A stretch of 59,195 nt of DNA from a virus (taxonomy: Duplodnaviria > Caudoviricetes): positions 1-59,195 of IMG/VR virus record IMGVR_UViG_3300044825_002433. One strand, written 5' to 3'. The notes below the pieces were generated by a model, which was not told where the DNA came from, did not search any database, and saw only the letters and a list, made by a program, of their open reading frames with translations. A program made the translations under genes and the position numbers. Below, one piece after another: positions 35,037-44,751 of this stretch (position 1 is the first letter of the stretch; every line of letters begins with the position of its first letter).

Positions 35037-35201
35037 ATGGCTGTAGTACAACCTGTAACCCTTAAAACCGAATCACCTGATACTGACTTCTGGCAAGAGT
35101 GTCGTCGTCTTGCTGCGATCTTAAATATCCCAGCTTGGCAACTCGCTGAAGAGGGTTTTAAACACGAGGACAAAAGTTCGGTTTCGAATAAAACCTCTTA
35201 A
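35037..35201 (+). CDS. Small hypothetical protein (54 aa)
   Basis: MAVVQPVTLK...FWQECRRLAAILNIPAWQLAEEG; below track cutoff. Confidence 0.5.
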   Translation: MAVVQPVTLKTESPDTDFWQECRRLAAILNIPAWQLAEEGFKHEDKSSVSNKTS

Positions 35202-35227
35202 AATTAAGTGAGTGTAGTGCTCGTTTG

Positions 35228-36064
35228 ATGACGTATACCAAGTTTTCAAGTTTGCCGCTGGAGGTAGCTCCTAGCGGCTACATGTATGTTCCTATTGTTG
35301 ATCCTAATGAAGCTTCTGTAACTAATAGAAATAAACGTGTTTTATTATCGTCTTTATCCGCTGTTCCGGCTAGTGTAAATTACGTAAATACTTTATATCT
35401 AGGATCTACAGCGTCCGCACCTAATATTCAATCTGGAAATGGAAATCCGGACGGTAGCGTTTCGGCCGCTGTTGGTTCGGTTTATTTAAGGACTGATGGC
35501 GGTCCTTTAACATCTATATATTTTAAGGAAACTGGTACTGGTAATACGGGTTGGGTTGCTAACGCCGCTGTGAGTTCTGGCGTTTTTTACTCACCCCTCA
35601 CGTACGTTGGCAATAACTCGACTTCACCTAGTATTACGGCAGGTTCCGGAGTACCGGAAGGTTCCGTCAGCGCCTCCGTGGGATCTATTTATCTCCGGTC
35701 GGATGGTGGCGCTACGACCTCTATTTATTACAAAGAAACTGGTTCGAGTAATACTGGATGGGTTTCTAATTCTGCTATTAGTTCCGGTGAGCTATATACT
35801 TATACGGTTATTTCTGGCAATAAGACACTAACCAACCGGGAACGCACAACAGTTATTTCCTCTGGTATTATTGTTACGTTACCTTCTGGACCTACCTCGG
35901 GTTTTGAGGTGAGCGTAATGACGGCCTCTGGTGTTACGGATGCTGTTGTTTCGGGCAATGGACAACGCATCATGAGTCTTGCCGAAAATCTAAGTTTAGA
36001 TTTTGAAAATAACGGCACGACACTTGTTTATGTAAATTCTTCTTTAGGTTGGAGGGTTTTATAA
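35228..36064 (+). CDS. Tail fibre protein, cassette A (two GxGxPEG..YLRxDGG..GNTGW repeats)
   Basis: Repeat motif plus C-terminal TLP..P..G domain typical of cyanophage fibres. Confidence 0.7.
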   Translation: MTYTKFSSLPLEVAPSGYMYVPIVDPNEASVTNRNKRVLLSSLSAVPASVNYVNTLYLGSTASAPNIQSGNGNPDGSVSAAVGSVYLRTDGGPLTSIYFKETGTGNTGWVANAAVSSGVFYSPLTYVGNNSTSPSITAGSGVPEGSVSASVGSIYLRSDGGATTSIYYKETGSSNTGWVSNSAISSGELYTYTVISGNKTLTNRERTTVISSGIIVTLPSGPTSGFEVSVMTASGVTDAVVSGNGQRIMSLAENLSLDFENNGTTLVYVNSSLGWRVL

Positions 36065-36942
36065 TGAGTCGGTTATCTCAATTTATTCCCAATGTTACTA
36101 ATGTCGCTTTAACAACATTTAGTGGCACTGGCACTTTTACTAAAAATTCCTCAGATTTAGCTTACGTTGTTCAAGTTTGGGGCGGCGGCGGCAGCGGATC
36201 GGCAGGCTCAGGTAATGCATTTCGCTCAAGCTCTGGTGGAGGCGGCGGCGCATATAACGAAGTTTTTCTATACGCATCTGGAGTGCCTACAACCGTTTCC
36301 GTAGTTGTTGGGGCTGGCGGTTTGCCCGTTTCGGGAGCCATTACCCCTGGTAATTCCGGAGGCACATCTTCTTTCGGTTCTTATGTAACAGCGTATGGAG
36401 GAGCCGGAGGGGGTCCAATAGTATCAAACCAATACGCTCTCGGGGGAGGTGGCGGCGGGACTCTTAGCGGACCTTCCGCAAATACTGGTGGTTCTCCTAA
36501 AAGTATATATAATGGTGTTACCGTAAATAGTACTGTCTCAAGTAGTGATAATTCTATGGGAGGGGGTTCATCCTATATTCCTACTTTTACTTATCCAAAT
36601 AGTGGAATCACAGGATCTTCATATTTTGGCGGAGGCGCCGGCGGTTCAAGCACTATATCATCTGCATCAACTCCTACTGCTGTATGTAGTGGAGGCTTCT
36701 CTATTTATGGAGGTGGAGGAGGAGGCTCTTCCTATAACGGCTCAGGTGCGATAGCTCCTAGTGGTACTAGTTTTTACGGCGGCGCTGGCGGTGCTGGTTC
36801 TATAACTTTGAGTGGGAATCCGGGTTCTGTGCCTGCCGGAGGGGGAGGTGGTGTATCTGAAACATTAAATGTTGACGCGTTTTCTGGCGCAGGCGCCCGC
36901 GGAGAGGTTCGCATTTATGCTTTCCGAGGTAAGCCCCAATGA
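36064..36942 (+). CDS. Glycine-rich tail fibre tip/adhesin, cassette A
   Basis: VWGGGGSG ... GARGEVRI glycine-rich domain. Confidence 0.7.
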   Translation: MSRLSQFIPNVTNVALTTFSGTGTFTKNSSDLAYVVQVWGGGGSGSAGSGNAFRSSSGGGGGAYNEVFLYASGVPTTVSVVVGAGGLPVSGAITPGNSGGTSSFGSYVTAYGGAGGGPIVSNQYALGGGGGGTLSGPSANTGGSPKSIYNGVTVNSTVSSSDNSMGGGSSYIPTFTYPNSGITGSSYFGGGAGGSSTISSASTPTAVCSGGFSIYGGGGGGSSYNGSGAIAPSGTSFYGGAGGAGSITLSGNPGSVPAGGGGGVSETLNVDAFSGAGARGEVRIYAFRGKPQ

Positions 36943-37289
36943 TTTACGCTGTTATAGATCACGAACGTGTCGTTAATGTTGTCGAAGCAGACGCTGCTTT
37001 TGCTGAATCACAAGGATGGCCTCTTTTAACCGGTAGTGCCGGAATTGGTTGGGGGTATGTAAACAACCAGTTCATCCCTCCGCCTAGAAACATTGAAGCC
37101 GAATGGGCTCGGGTTCGACAGTTGCGAGATCAGAAACTAAGCGCATCTGATATTTATACCCTATCTGATCGTTGGGAGACCCTAACCCCAGAACAACAAT
37201 CAGCGTGGGCCACATACCGCCAAGAGCTCCGCGATATCCCGCAAACCTACTCGGATCCAGCCGATGTAATTTGGCCAACGGAGCCTTGA
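36939..37289 (+). CDS. Tail fibre assembly chaperone
   Basis: RDQKLSASD...WATYRQELRDIPQ...WPTEP. Confidence 0.8.
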   Translation: MIYAVIDHERVVNVVEADAAFAESQGWPLLTGSAGIGWGYVNNQFIPPPRNIEAEWARVRQLRDQKLSASDIYTLSDRWETLTPEQQSAWATYRQELRDIPQTYSDPADVIWPTEP

Positions 37290-37344
37290 CTCTTTATCTT
37301 TCCTAACAACTCTTGTTTAGACTTAACTAAACCCACAACCACCG

Positions 37345-38391
37345 ATGGCTGAAGTTCGACGGATTTCGGAATTAACACCCATAACCGTCGTGACCAGCGG
37401 TGCATATATGCCCGTTGTCGATCCAACAGAAGCGTCCGTACAAAACCAGAACAAACGGATTCAAATATCTGATTTAGACAATAGAGCTTCTAATCTTCGT
37501 TACATTACCACTAATTATTTTGGTAGTAACACCAGCGCTCCTAAAGTAACGGCGGGAACCGGATCTCCCGAAGGCGTCGTGGATGGGGCTATCGGCTCCA
37601 TGTACTTGCGCAGCGATGGAGGCTCTACCACATCCGTATATTTTAAAGAATCAGGAACTGGTAACACCGGCTGGATTTCCAACACCCCGGTTCGGGCTAG
37701 CGGTCTTCCCATCCCAATTGTTTACGTCGGTCCCACGACATCGGATCCCAGCCTTCGTTCTGGTTCCGGCACCCCAGAGGGATCCATCACGGCCCCCGTG
37801 GGCTCCGTCTACCTCCGGACGGATGGCGCATCGACTACTTCTATTTACTTTAAAGAAGCTGGCGTCGGCAACACTGGTTGGGTTTCAAACGCGGCTGTTA
37901 GTTCTGGCGTCTTCTATTCCCCGTTAACTTACGTTGGGTCTAACAATAATGCGCCGAAAATACTCGCTGGATCCGGTGTTCCAGAGGGTGTTATTTCGGG
38001 TGTTGTCGGTTCTGTTTATTTAAGGACTGATGGCGGCGCTACCACTTCTATTTATTTCAAAGAGTCTGGTTCTCTAAGTACGGGTTGGGTTTCTAACTCG
38101 GCGGTTAGTTCTGGTGATTTGTTTACGTATACCGTTATTTCAGGTAATAAGACGTTAAGTAATCGTGAGCGGACTACGGTCATTAATTCGGGTTTGATTC
38201 TGACACTCCCCGCGTCTCCTTCGGCTGGATTTGAAGTGGGAATTTCTGTTAGTAGCGGTATTGTGGATACTGTTGTTTCGGGTGCCGGTCAGCCTATAAT
38301 GGGTTATGCTCAAAACCTTACTTTAAATCTCCAGAACGTTGCTACGACTCTGGCTTATGTTAACGCTACGCAAGGTTGGAGGTTATTCTAA
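37345..38391 (+). CDS. Tail fibre protein, cassette B (three repeats), paralog of 35228..36064
   Basis: Same N-terminal YxPxVDPxEA..NxNKR, same repeats, same C-domain. Confidence 0.7.
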   Translation: MAEVRRISELTPITVVTSGAYMPVVDPTEASVQNQNKRIQISDLDNRASNLRYITTNYFGSNTSAPKVTAGTGSPEGVVDGAIGSMYLRSDGGSTTSVYFKESGTGNTGWISNTPVRASGLPIPIVYVGPTTSDPSLRSGSGTPEGSITAPVGSVYLRTDGASTTSIYFKEAGVGNTGWVSNAAVSSGVFYSPLTYVGSNNNAPKILAGSGVPEGVISGVVGSVYLRTDGGATTSIYFKESGSLSTGWVSNSAVSSGDLFTYTVISGNKTLSNRERTTVINSGLILTLPASPSAGFEVGISVSSGIVDTVVSGAGQPIMGYAQNLTLNLQNVATTLAYVNATQGWRLF

Positions 38392-38663
38392 TGAGCTCTT
38401 TAACTGATTTCGTTGGTGGCGGGATTAAGAGTGTTCAGAGAGGAACTATTACCGTTTTAACTACCGCTACCGCTACTGTTTCAGCAGTAAACACAGCTAA
38501 ATCCGTCTTGCACTATTTAGGCATTACTGGAATATACGTTTCAGCTAGCTGGGATGGTCCAGCTAACGCCAGAATTGCATTGACGAATTCTACAACCATC
38601 ACCGCAACTGGACTTGGTTATACCAATGTTGACGTATCTTACGAACTAGTGGAGTATTATTAA
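38391..38663 (+). CDS. Tail fibre tip protein, cassette B
   Basis: GGIKSVQRG...SAVNTAKS...VEYY. Confidence 0.6.
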   Translation: MSSLTDFVGGGIKSVQRGTITVLTTATATVSAVNTAKSVLHYLGITGIYVSASWDGPANARIALTNSTTITATGLGYTNVDVSYELVEYY

Positions 38664-38664
38664 G

Positions 38665-38844
38665 ATGATTTACTACTACGCTCAAGTAAATTCTGATGCT
38701 ATCTGCTACGCTGTGCTACAAACGTATGCAGAAATTGTTCAAACAAATATGATTTCTATCCCAGCCTACGATGAGTCTTATTTAGGCATGGAGTGGACTG
38801 GTTCTGAGTGGATTACACCACCTCCCCCGGAACCCCCAGCCTAA
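38665..38844 (+). CDS. Small tail fibre-associated protein (59 aa)
   Basis: MIYYYAQV...YLGMEWTGSEW; same position as the chaperone in cassette A. Confidence 0.55.
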   Translation: MIYYYAQVNSDAICYAVLQTYAEIVQTNMISIPAYDESYLGMEWTGSEWITPPPPEPPA

Positions 38845-38881
38845 ATCCTGCTATCCTCCACACGCCTGACATCACACCCAA

Positions 38882-39010
38882 ATGGCTAAACCCAAATCCA
38901 ACATCGATAAAATTGAGTCCAAACCTAAGACAACCTCAATCGGCCATGGCCTGAGGTCGCGCCCCGAGCGGCGTGGCAAGAAGCGCTACCGAGGACAGGG
39001 TAAGGGTTGA
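38882..39010 (+). CDS. Small basic protein ending KRYRGQGKG (42 aa)
   Basis: KKxYRGQG C-terminus typical of small cyanophage proteins. Confidence 0.65.
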   Translation: MAKPKSNIDKIESKPKTTSIGHGLRSRPERRGKKRYRGQGKG

Positions 39011-39416
39011 GTTATTGACAACCGCACCGAGGTTCCTTAGTATCTCGGTGCATCACTTGAATTTTGTGCCTCCTCACCTCTCCTCCACGCAACGCCGCGA
39101 GCGATTTGAAAAGATCTACAAACTGTATCTTGAAGGCTACAGTTATCGTGCTTTAGGGCGACAGTTCGGGATTTCGGCTGAACGCATCAGCCAAATCCTT
39201 CGTCAAAACGCCACACCAGAGGAACTTAAGATTCTCGACGAGGCGATCCTTAGTCGCTGCACACCCTCTTACATATTTACAAAGATCGACGAAATGTTGG
39301 AAGCGGGTGCCCAACATAAGGTTATTGCTGAATCGCTTAAAGTTTCCATCAACACCGTCAAGAAAGCCAGCGCTCGCCGTAACCGCCTCTTAACAAAATC
39401 CTGTAAAGCCGCGTAA
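38973..39416 (+). CDS. Sigma-70 region 4-like tandem HTH protein (true start probably ~39050)
   Basis: YSYRALGRQFGISAERISQI and a second HTH IAESLKVSINTV. Confidence 0.6.
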   Translation: MARSATEDRVRVELLTTAPRFLSISVHHLNFVPPHLSSTQRRERFEKIYKLYLEGYSYRALGRQFGISAERISQILRQNATPEELKILDEAILSRCTPSYIFTKIDEMLEAGAQHKVIAESLKVSINTVKKASARRNRLLTKSCKAA

Positions 39417-39425
39417 ACTTAGGGC

Positions 39426-39665
39426 ATGAACAAAGTCGTTCAATTCTTAGCTGCGGCCCTGGGCGTTGTAATTACAGTTGTCGGAACCACCGTGGCTGTA
39501 GATAATCGCTATGCGAAAAGCCAGGAAGTTCAGCAGCAATTGAACGACTTTTACGACAAACAACTCAAACTTAAGATTCTGGAAATCGATTTAAAGCCCA
39601 ATCCGACTCCTGCGGATCAGGCTATGAAGCAGTATTTGCTGCAGGAACTCAATCGAAAGAATTAG
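39426..39665 (+). CDS. Small membrane-anchored protein
   Basis: N-terminal hydrophobic helix. Confidence 0.55.
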   Translation: MNKVVQFLAAALGVVITVVGTTVAVDNRYAKSQEVQQQLNDFYDKQLKLKILEIDLKPNPTPADQAMKQYLLQELNRKN

Positions 39666-40507
39666 AGAACCGGCATCTCATATTCTTTCGTCACGTTTAC
39701 GTAGTGTTTCCAAATAACTTCTGAGGAATTCCCTGCCCAGTTGGCAATCTGTGCCACGGGAATACCAGCTTCGACCCAGCGACTCAGAGCTGTGTGCCTG
39801 AAGTCGTAGGGTCTATATCTGTAACTAATTAGATCCGCCTCTTTCAGTTTTTTCATCCGTTTGTACACGAAACTCTGGTAGGAATTCCTGTTTCCTGTGA
39901 AGATAAATTCTCCAGTTTGCGGGGTCTCGTTCAGGATGTCCAGACAGCGCTTGTTAAGAGGAACCCAGCGCTTCTTGTTTGTTTTTGTTGAATTTTTAAG
40001 CCCGTGGGTGAGGGTGAAATTGCTGTGAACCAGCACTTTTTCACCTTTTATGTCGTCCCATTTGAGTGCGCGCACTTCGCCCGTCCTCATTCCGGTCTGG
40101 AGCATGAACTCTGAGTAGTTCGCCCAGTTTGTCCCTTTAAGGTTGCTCTCTAACCCAACTAAAACCAAGGCTGTCTCAACCCTGGGAATCACGATAATGT
40201 CCTCATCCTCTTGAGGCGCCTTAGGCATCCTGTATGTAGCTACAGGGTTTTTATCTAGCAGGCCAATATCCTCACTTGATGCCCATCTGTACAGCGATTT
40301 GACGTACATCGCCATCCGTCGACTCGCTTTGACGGGTTTCTGCTGCAGGACCCAGGTTAATACCAATCTGCCGTCTTTAAAATCCTGAATTGGGCACCGG
40401 GCTAGCCATTTGTCGGCCTGGGCGTAATCCGTAACGACACTCGTGGGCGACAAAGAGATCTCCCTTTCGGCCTTGAACTGGTGCCAAGCCTCGATCAGTT
40501 TGAGCAC
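39662..40507 (-). CDS. Tyrosine recombinase, short (281 aa, no arm-binding domain evident)
   Basis: TGMRTGE (R), KNSTK (K), YDFRH, AGNS, KHY (Y). Confidence 0.88.
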   Translation of the reverse strand: MLKLIEAWHQFKAEREISLSPTSVVTDYAQADKWLARCPIQDFKDGRLVLTWVLQQKPVKASRRMAMYVKSLYRWASSEDIGLLDKNPVATYRMPKAPQEDEDIIVIPRVETALVLVGLESNLKGTNWANYSEFMLQTGMRTGEVRALKWDDIKGEKVLVHSNFTLTHGLKNSTKTNKKRWVPLNKRCLDILNETPQTGEFIFTGNRNSYQSFVYKRMKKLKEADLISYRYRPYDFRHTALSRWVEAGIPVAQIANWAGNSSEVIWKHYVNVTKEYEMPVL

Positions 40508-40512
40508 GGTCT

Positions 40513-40527
40513 TAGTCTGATTGACTA
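40513..40527. promoter_or_regulatory. Inverted repeat TAGTC-tgatt-GACTA, candidate recombinase binding site/operator
   Basis: Lies between the minus-strand TATACT (40530-40535) and the recombinase GTG (40507). Confidence 0.5.
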
Positions 40528-40695
40528 CGAGTATATCACTAACTACTGTCTGCCGCTTATTGTTTTTTAGGTTTTTGTATCTTTCTTAGTTTTACATTTT
40601 GTTTTATGTGTTTTCAGTTCTGGGTCTAGTGTTCCTATAAGCTTGGTTTTGATCTAAAGTGCTTTTAGAATAGTCTTACGCTGAAGGGTTTTTCG

Positions 40696-40929
40696 ATGCC
40701 TCTCACTAAAATCGATAACCAGTTGTATGAGGAATATGCTATTGCGGGTAACGTTAATGTACTTGCCGGCCTGAGTGTTCCCGAGCACGATTATATCTCG
40801 CTGAGTTATACCGGGGCTAACCTTACCGGCGTTGTTTATAAGACTGGCGGCTCTGGCGGCACCACGGTTGCGACCTTGACACTCGCTTACGACGGCAGCA
40901 GCAATCTGATTTCCGTTACCAAGAGCTGA
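40696..40929 (+). CDS. Small tail-associated protein
   Basis: HDYISLSY...VATLTLAYD..NLISVTKS. Confidence 0.6.
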   Translation: MPLTKIDNQLYEEYAIAGNVNVLAGLSVPEHDYISLSYTGANLTGVVYKTGGSGGTTVATLTLAYDGSSNLISVTKS

Positions 40930-40932
40930 ATC

Positions 40933-42087
40933 ATGGGGTACAAGTTTAATCCCTTTACTGGGACTCTCGACGAAGTCAGCGCAGGCGGTGGGGGCGGCAC
41001 TCCTGGTGGTTCTACTACACAAGTTCAGTTCAACGACGGCGGCGCATTTGGCGGCGACGCTGACCTTACCTGGGATAAGACTACTAACGTCCTCACCAAC
41101 CGAGGGGACATCAACCTTGATGACGGCGGTAGTTTTACTACTACCGTTCAGTGCGTCACTCCAACCCAAAATCGCACTATCAGCTTCCCAGATGCAACTG
41201 GTACGGTCGCATTAGTTGCTGGGTCTAGTGGGCAACTTGTTTATAACAATGCTGGTGCTCAAGCTGGTGCTACTGGTAGCGTCGTTGATTCCAGCGGTAA
41301 TGTCACTATTGGTGGACTGACTACGCTTGCTGGTTCACCTAGTGCAAATAACACAAGCGGTGTACTAATTAACGGTACGTGGCGAACTGGAGCTAGTAGC
41401 AACAACCCTCAGCTACTTCTGAATCCGACTGGTACTACGCTTTCAACCACTTGGAGCCCGAGTGGTACAGGCATTGGTGTTAATGCACCGAGTACGTTTG
41501 GTGGGAACCTGCTGGATCTGCAGGTGAATGGGACGAGTCAGCTTAGTGCTAGCAACGCAGGCGCCTTAAGGTTTACAACTGGATCAAAAACCTCGACAAG
41601 GGTTCAGTTACTAACAGGTAGCGCAGCTGGAATATACGCAAGGGCAGGTACTCTTTTCTGCGCATCGGATGGCAACACGGAGGGCTTCCAGGCATCTTTA
41701 TCTGGGGTGATTATTCGTTCTGTCGCTGAATTCAGTTGGTCAGCTGGTGATCCAGATGTTTTCACTGGAGATGTTCGTCTGTTCCGCGATGCCGCAGGCA
41801 TTCTCGCCCAACGCAACGGCACCAACGCCCAAACCTTCCGCCTCTACAACACCTTCACCGACGCATCCAACTACGAGCGTGGCTTCCTCCGCTGGAGTAG
41901 CAACGTCTTTGAAGTTGGCCCCGAAGCTGCTGGTACGGGCACTGCTCGCCCCATGCGGATCACTGCAGCAACCCTGAAGCTGCCCAACTTGCCCACTTAC
42001 GCCGACAACGCTGCTGCTACCACTGGCGGCTTGGTTGCCGGTGACGTTTACAAAACCGCCACTGGCGAACTCCGTATCACCGTCTAA
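40933..42087 (+). CDS. Mosaic tail fibre protein
   Basis: KFNPFTG start, QVQFNDGG, RTISFPDATGT, RDAAGILAQRNG, YADNAAA..GG..GDVY modules. Confidence 0.75.
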   Translation: MGYKFNPFTGTLDEVSAGGGGGTPGGSTTQVQFNDGGAFGGDADLTWDKTTNVLTNRGDINLDDGGSFTTTVQCVTPTQNRTISFPDATGTVALVAGSSGQLVYNNAGAQAGATGSVVDSSGNVTIGGLTTLAGSPSANNTSGVLINGTWRTGASSNNPQLLLNPTGTTLSTTWSPSGTGIGVNAPSTFGGNLLDLQVNGTSQLSASNAGALRFTTGSKTSTRVQLLTGSAAGIYARAGTLFCASDGNTEGFQASLSGVIIRSVAEFSWSAGDPDVFTGDVRLFRDAAGILAQRNGTNAQTFRLYNTFTDASNYERGFLRWSSNVFEVGPEAAGTGTARPMRITAATLKLPNLPTYADNAAATTGGLVAGDVYKTATGELRITV

Positions 42088-42092
42088 CCATC

Positions 42093-42344
42093 ATGGCTTC
42101 TTTCACTATTGACATCGACGATTCTCTCGTCCCCGGCATCATCGCTATCGGCTATGCCGAATCTAAAACCCCAGAAGAGGTGGTTTCCTCTTACGCCGTG
42201 GCAGCAGCTACTAAGGCGTGTCAAGACCTCAAAGTAGGACCGTTTTATGTTGGTCCTATCCCTCCTGAGTTCAACGCTGACGGTACACCCTACGTAGCCC
42301 CAGTAGTCAACGACACTACTCAGCCAGTTGAGGAGGGCGTATGA
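42093..42344 (+). CDS. Small tail fibre-associated protein
   Basis: 83 aa, follows fibre gene. Confidence 0.55.
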   Translation: MASFTIDIDDSLVPGIIAIGYAESKTPEEVVSSYAVAAATKACQDLKVGPFYVGPIPPEFNADGTPYVAPVVNDTTQPVEEGV

Positions 42345-43132
42345 CGCTTGTCATCCAGAAGCCGACAGGGGCGAAGCTTAACCTGCGTAAAACCTGGCAG
42401 CCGATGGATGCTGACGCTGCTGCTTACATCACTGCTGTAGAAACGGCAGACGGTCAAGCACTGGAGGAGAAGGTCAAGATTGCCATTGATAACTTCGTCC
42501 TTGGTTGTAAGGCGGATGGTATCTGGTCTGCGATTAAAGCGAGTTGCATCCTCGCTGGTGCCCGGACGTTGGCTGGAGCGCTGGTTCCGTTGGTGGGAAC
42601 TGCGCCAACAAACGTTGGCAGTTTATTTGGGTCTGGAGACTACAACAGAAAAACCGGCCTAGCGGGAAACGGAAGTAATAAATATTTAGACGCAAATAGG
42701 GCTAGCAATGCAGACCCCCAGAATAATCATCATTTATCTGCTTTTGTAACCAGCCAAGGAGTTAATCTTATTATTGGCTCATTGGGCGGTTTGGACTATA
42801 CGGAGCTTTTGGTGGCGGGCGGAAATGCAAATGGACGCTCTAGAAATGCTGCTAACAATCAAGTTGCTTCGCAGTCAATTGCTTCATTTCATGGCGTTGC
42901 AAGATCAGCGAGCACCAATTACACAGCCCGAAAATATGGCTTAAACCAGATAGTGTCTGCAACAAGTCAAACACCAACAAGCACTTCTTTCAAAGTGTTT
43001 GCTCGTGGTGATGGCACTCTGCTAGGTACTCACCGAATTGCCTTCTACTCCATCGGTGAATCCCTAGATCTTGCCCTCCTCGACGCCCGAGTAACCGACC
43101 TTATCAACGCCTTCGGAGTGGCAATCCCATGA
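42341..43132 (+). CDS. Tail fibre/receptor-binding-like protein
   Basis: DADAAAYITAVE...GCKADGIW, lectin-like beta region. Confidence 0.6.
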   Translation: MTLVIQKPTGAKLNLRKTWQPMDADAAAYITAVETADGQALEEKVKIAIDNFVLGCKADGIWSAIKASCILAGARTLAGALVPLVGTAPTNVGSLFGSGDYNRKTGLAGNGSNKYLDANRASNADPQNNHHLSAFVTSQGVNLIIGSLGGLDYTELLVAGGNANGRSRNAANNQVASQSIASFHGVARSASTNYTARKYGLNQIVSATSQTPTSTSFKVFARGDGTLLGTHRIAFYSIGESLDLALLDARVTDLINAFGVAIP

Positions 43133-43178
43133 AACACCTACTAGACACTGCCACTACTAACCACGGGAGGATGATGCG

Positions 43179-44012
43179 ATGAGTTGGGTCGTTTCTGCCA
43201 AATCAAGCACCTGGGCCGAAGGCGGCGATCTGGTCTACACCATTGTTGTTGGCGGCACCACTTATCGCGTCCACGAATTTAAGACTGTTGGCACGTCATC
43301 GCTAAATGTGATGAAGGGTGGCAACGTTGAGTATCTCGTTGTTGCTGGTGGCGGCGGTGGTGGAGGTGGTATGCAAAACCAACGAGGCGGCGGCGGTGGT
43401 GCCGGCGGGCTTCTGTCTGGTTCAACTACCTTTACATCCGGATTGCTATCCATTGCTGTTGGATCTGGCGGCGCTGGTGGCACTGGAATTCCCACCGTGG
43501 GCCCTGGAGGCGACGGATCCTCCGGCGGTAATAGTTCCATTTCTGGATTAACCGCAGCGATTGGTGGCGGACGTGGTGGCGGGGCGGGGGGATCTATAGG
43601 ATCTACGCTTAATGGAGGCTCCGGGGGAGGTTGTGGAAGCCGAACCAATACGCCAGGGGTTGGTGGTGCAGCTACTGCTGGACAAGGAAATAAAGGAGGC
43701 GACAGATCAGTCGTAACAACTAGCAGTCCTATTTTTGGCCCTGGTGCTGGTGGCGGCGGTGCTGGTGGGGCGGGCCAAGACATCACAGCGGAAGGCGTAA
43801 TCGGAAGAGCTGGCGGGGCTGGTTTGTCTTTGTTAATAACAGGCACGTCTGTTACTTATGCAGCAGGGGGTAACGGCGGTTCAGATTCAACTACCGGGGC
43901 AACAGCAGGATCGAGCACTGGATCCGGTGGAGTTGGTGGAGGCTTCACCGCAAACGGCGGCTCCGGCGGCTCCGGTATCGTCATCGTGAGGTACGCGCTT
44001 ACTCTGCCCTGA
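43179..44012 (+). CDS. Glycine-rich tail fibre/adhesin protein
   Basis: YRVHEF, VEYLVVAGGGGGG, GGSGIVIVRY. Confidence 0.75.
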   Translation: MSWVVSAKSSTWAEGGDLVYTIVVGGTTYRVHEFKTVGTSSLNVMKGGNVEYLVVAGGGGGGGGMQNQRGGGGGAGGLLSGSTTFTSGLLSIAVGSGGAGGTGIPTVGPGGDGSSGGNSSISGLTAAIGGGRGGGAGGSIGSTLNGGSGGGCGSRTNTPGVGGAATAGQGNKGGDRSVVTTSSPIFGPGAGGGGAGGAGQDITAEGVIGRAGGAGLSLLITGTSVTYAAGGNGGSDSTTGATAGSSTGSGGVGGGFTANGGSGGSGIVIVRYALTLP

Positions 44013-44056
44013 GCCCTCGTAGTGTCCCCGGTTAATTACTCAGGCATAATTGTTGC

Positions 44057-44641
44057 ATGACAGCTCAGACCTCTGTTACTTACATAAGCGAGCTTGGACG
44101 CCGATCCCGTTCGCTGGAGTTTGCAGAATGGCAGCCTACCGCTTGCATGCCTTGCCCAATTATCAATAAATGTGCCCGCTGTAAAGAGTTTAAAAGCATT
44201 TTTGATTTTTACTTTCTTAAAACACAAGGCAGATCAGGCAGGCGGACAACAAATGGTAAACGCGTTGGCATTTATTGCAAACAATGCCAATCAAATCAAT
44301 ACAAGGAAAGCTCTACTGAATCTAAAATTTTTCATGCGTGCAAAAAGCGCGCCAAGGAAAAGGGGCTTGAGTTTACCCTAGAGCTTGCTGACATTAAGAT
44401 TCCTTCCCACTGCCCAATGCTTGGAATACCGCTGTACCCCACTAGCGGCCAAGCTGCTCATGCTAACTCCCCTAGTCTTGATCGCCTAGATCCGCGCAAA
44501 GGCTATACACCTGAAAATACGGCAATCATTTCTCATAGGGCAAACACCATCAAAAACAATGCCACTCCAGAAGAGCTGCGACTGATAGCGGACTATACAG
44601 AACGCGCGCTTGAAGAGCGGAGCAATGCAGAAGCTGCATAG
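44057..44641 (+). CDS. HNH-like endonuclease with N-terminal Zn finger
   Basis: CARC...CKQC; CPMLGIPL, SPSLDRLDPRKGY...IISHRANTIK. Confidence 0.8.
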   Translation: MTAQTSVTYISELGRRSRSLEFAEWQPTACMPCPIINKCARCKEFKSIFDFYFLKTQGRSGRRTTNGKRVGIYCKQCQSNQYKESSTESKIFHACKKRAKEKGLEFTLELADIKIPSHCPMLGIPLYPTSGQAAHANSPSLDRLDPRKGYTPENTAIISHRANTIKNNATPEELRLIADYTERALEERSNAEAA

Positions 44642-44751
44642 CTATTCCCCGACTAGGATGGGTGTGTTCCCGCTCTGCTTCGGCATCGGGCTGCAACATC
44701 CCCTATGCCTAGCTCCGGGACGCCGGATGACGCACAAACCTGGGGGTCACT

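Noticed and set aside
39662-40507. Prophage integrase marking an attL/attR boundary
   Set aside because: Phage genes continue on both sides and no host genes are visible; a role in lysogeny is not excluded
40627-43611. Further dyad-like matches at 40627, 41130 (N8), 41309 and 43597
   Set aside because: Degenerate, wrong spacing or not at an evident boundary; compatible with chance
43262-43846. Pro-rich antisense ORFs (also 36171..36365, 19616..20236, 57603..58676)
   Set aside because: Antisense shadows of Gly-rich or strongly codon-biased genes
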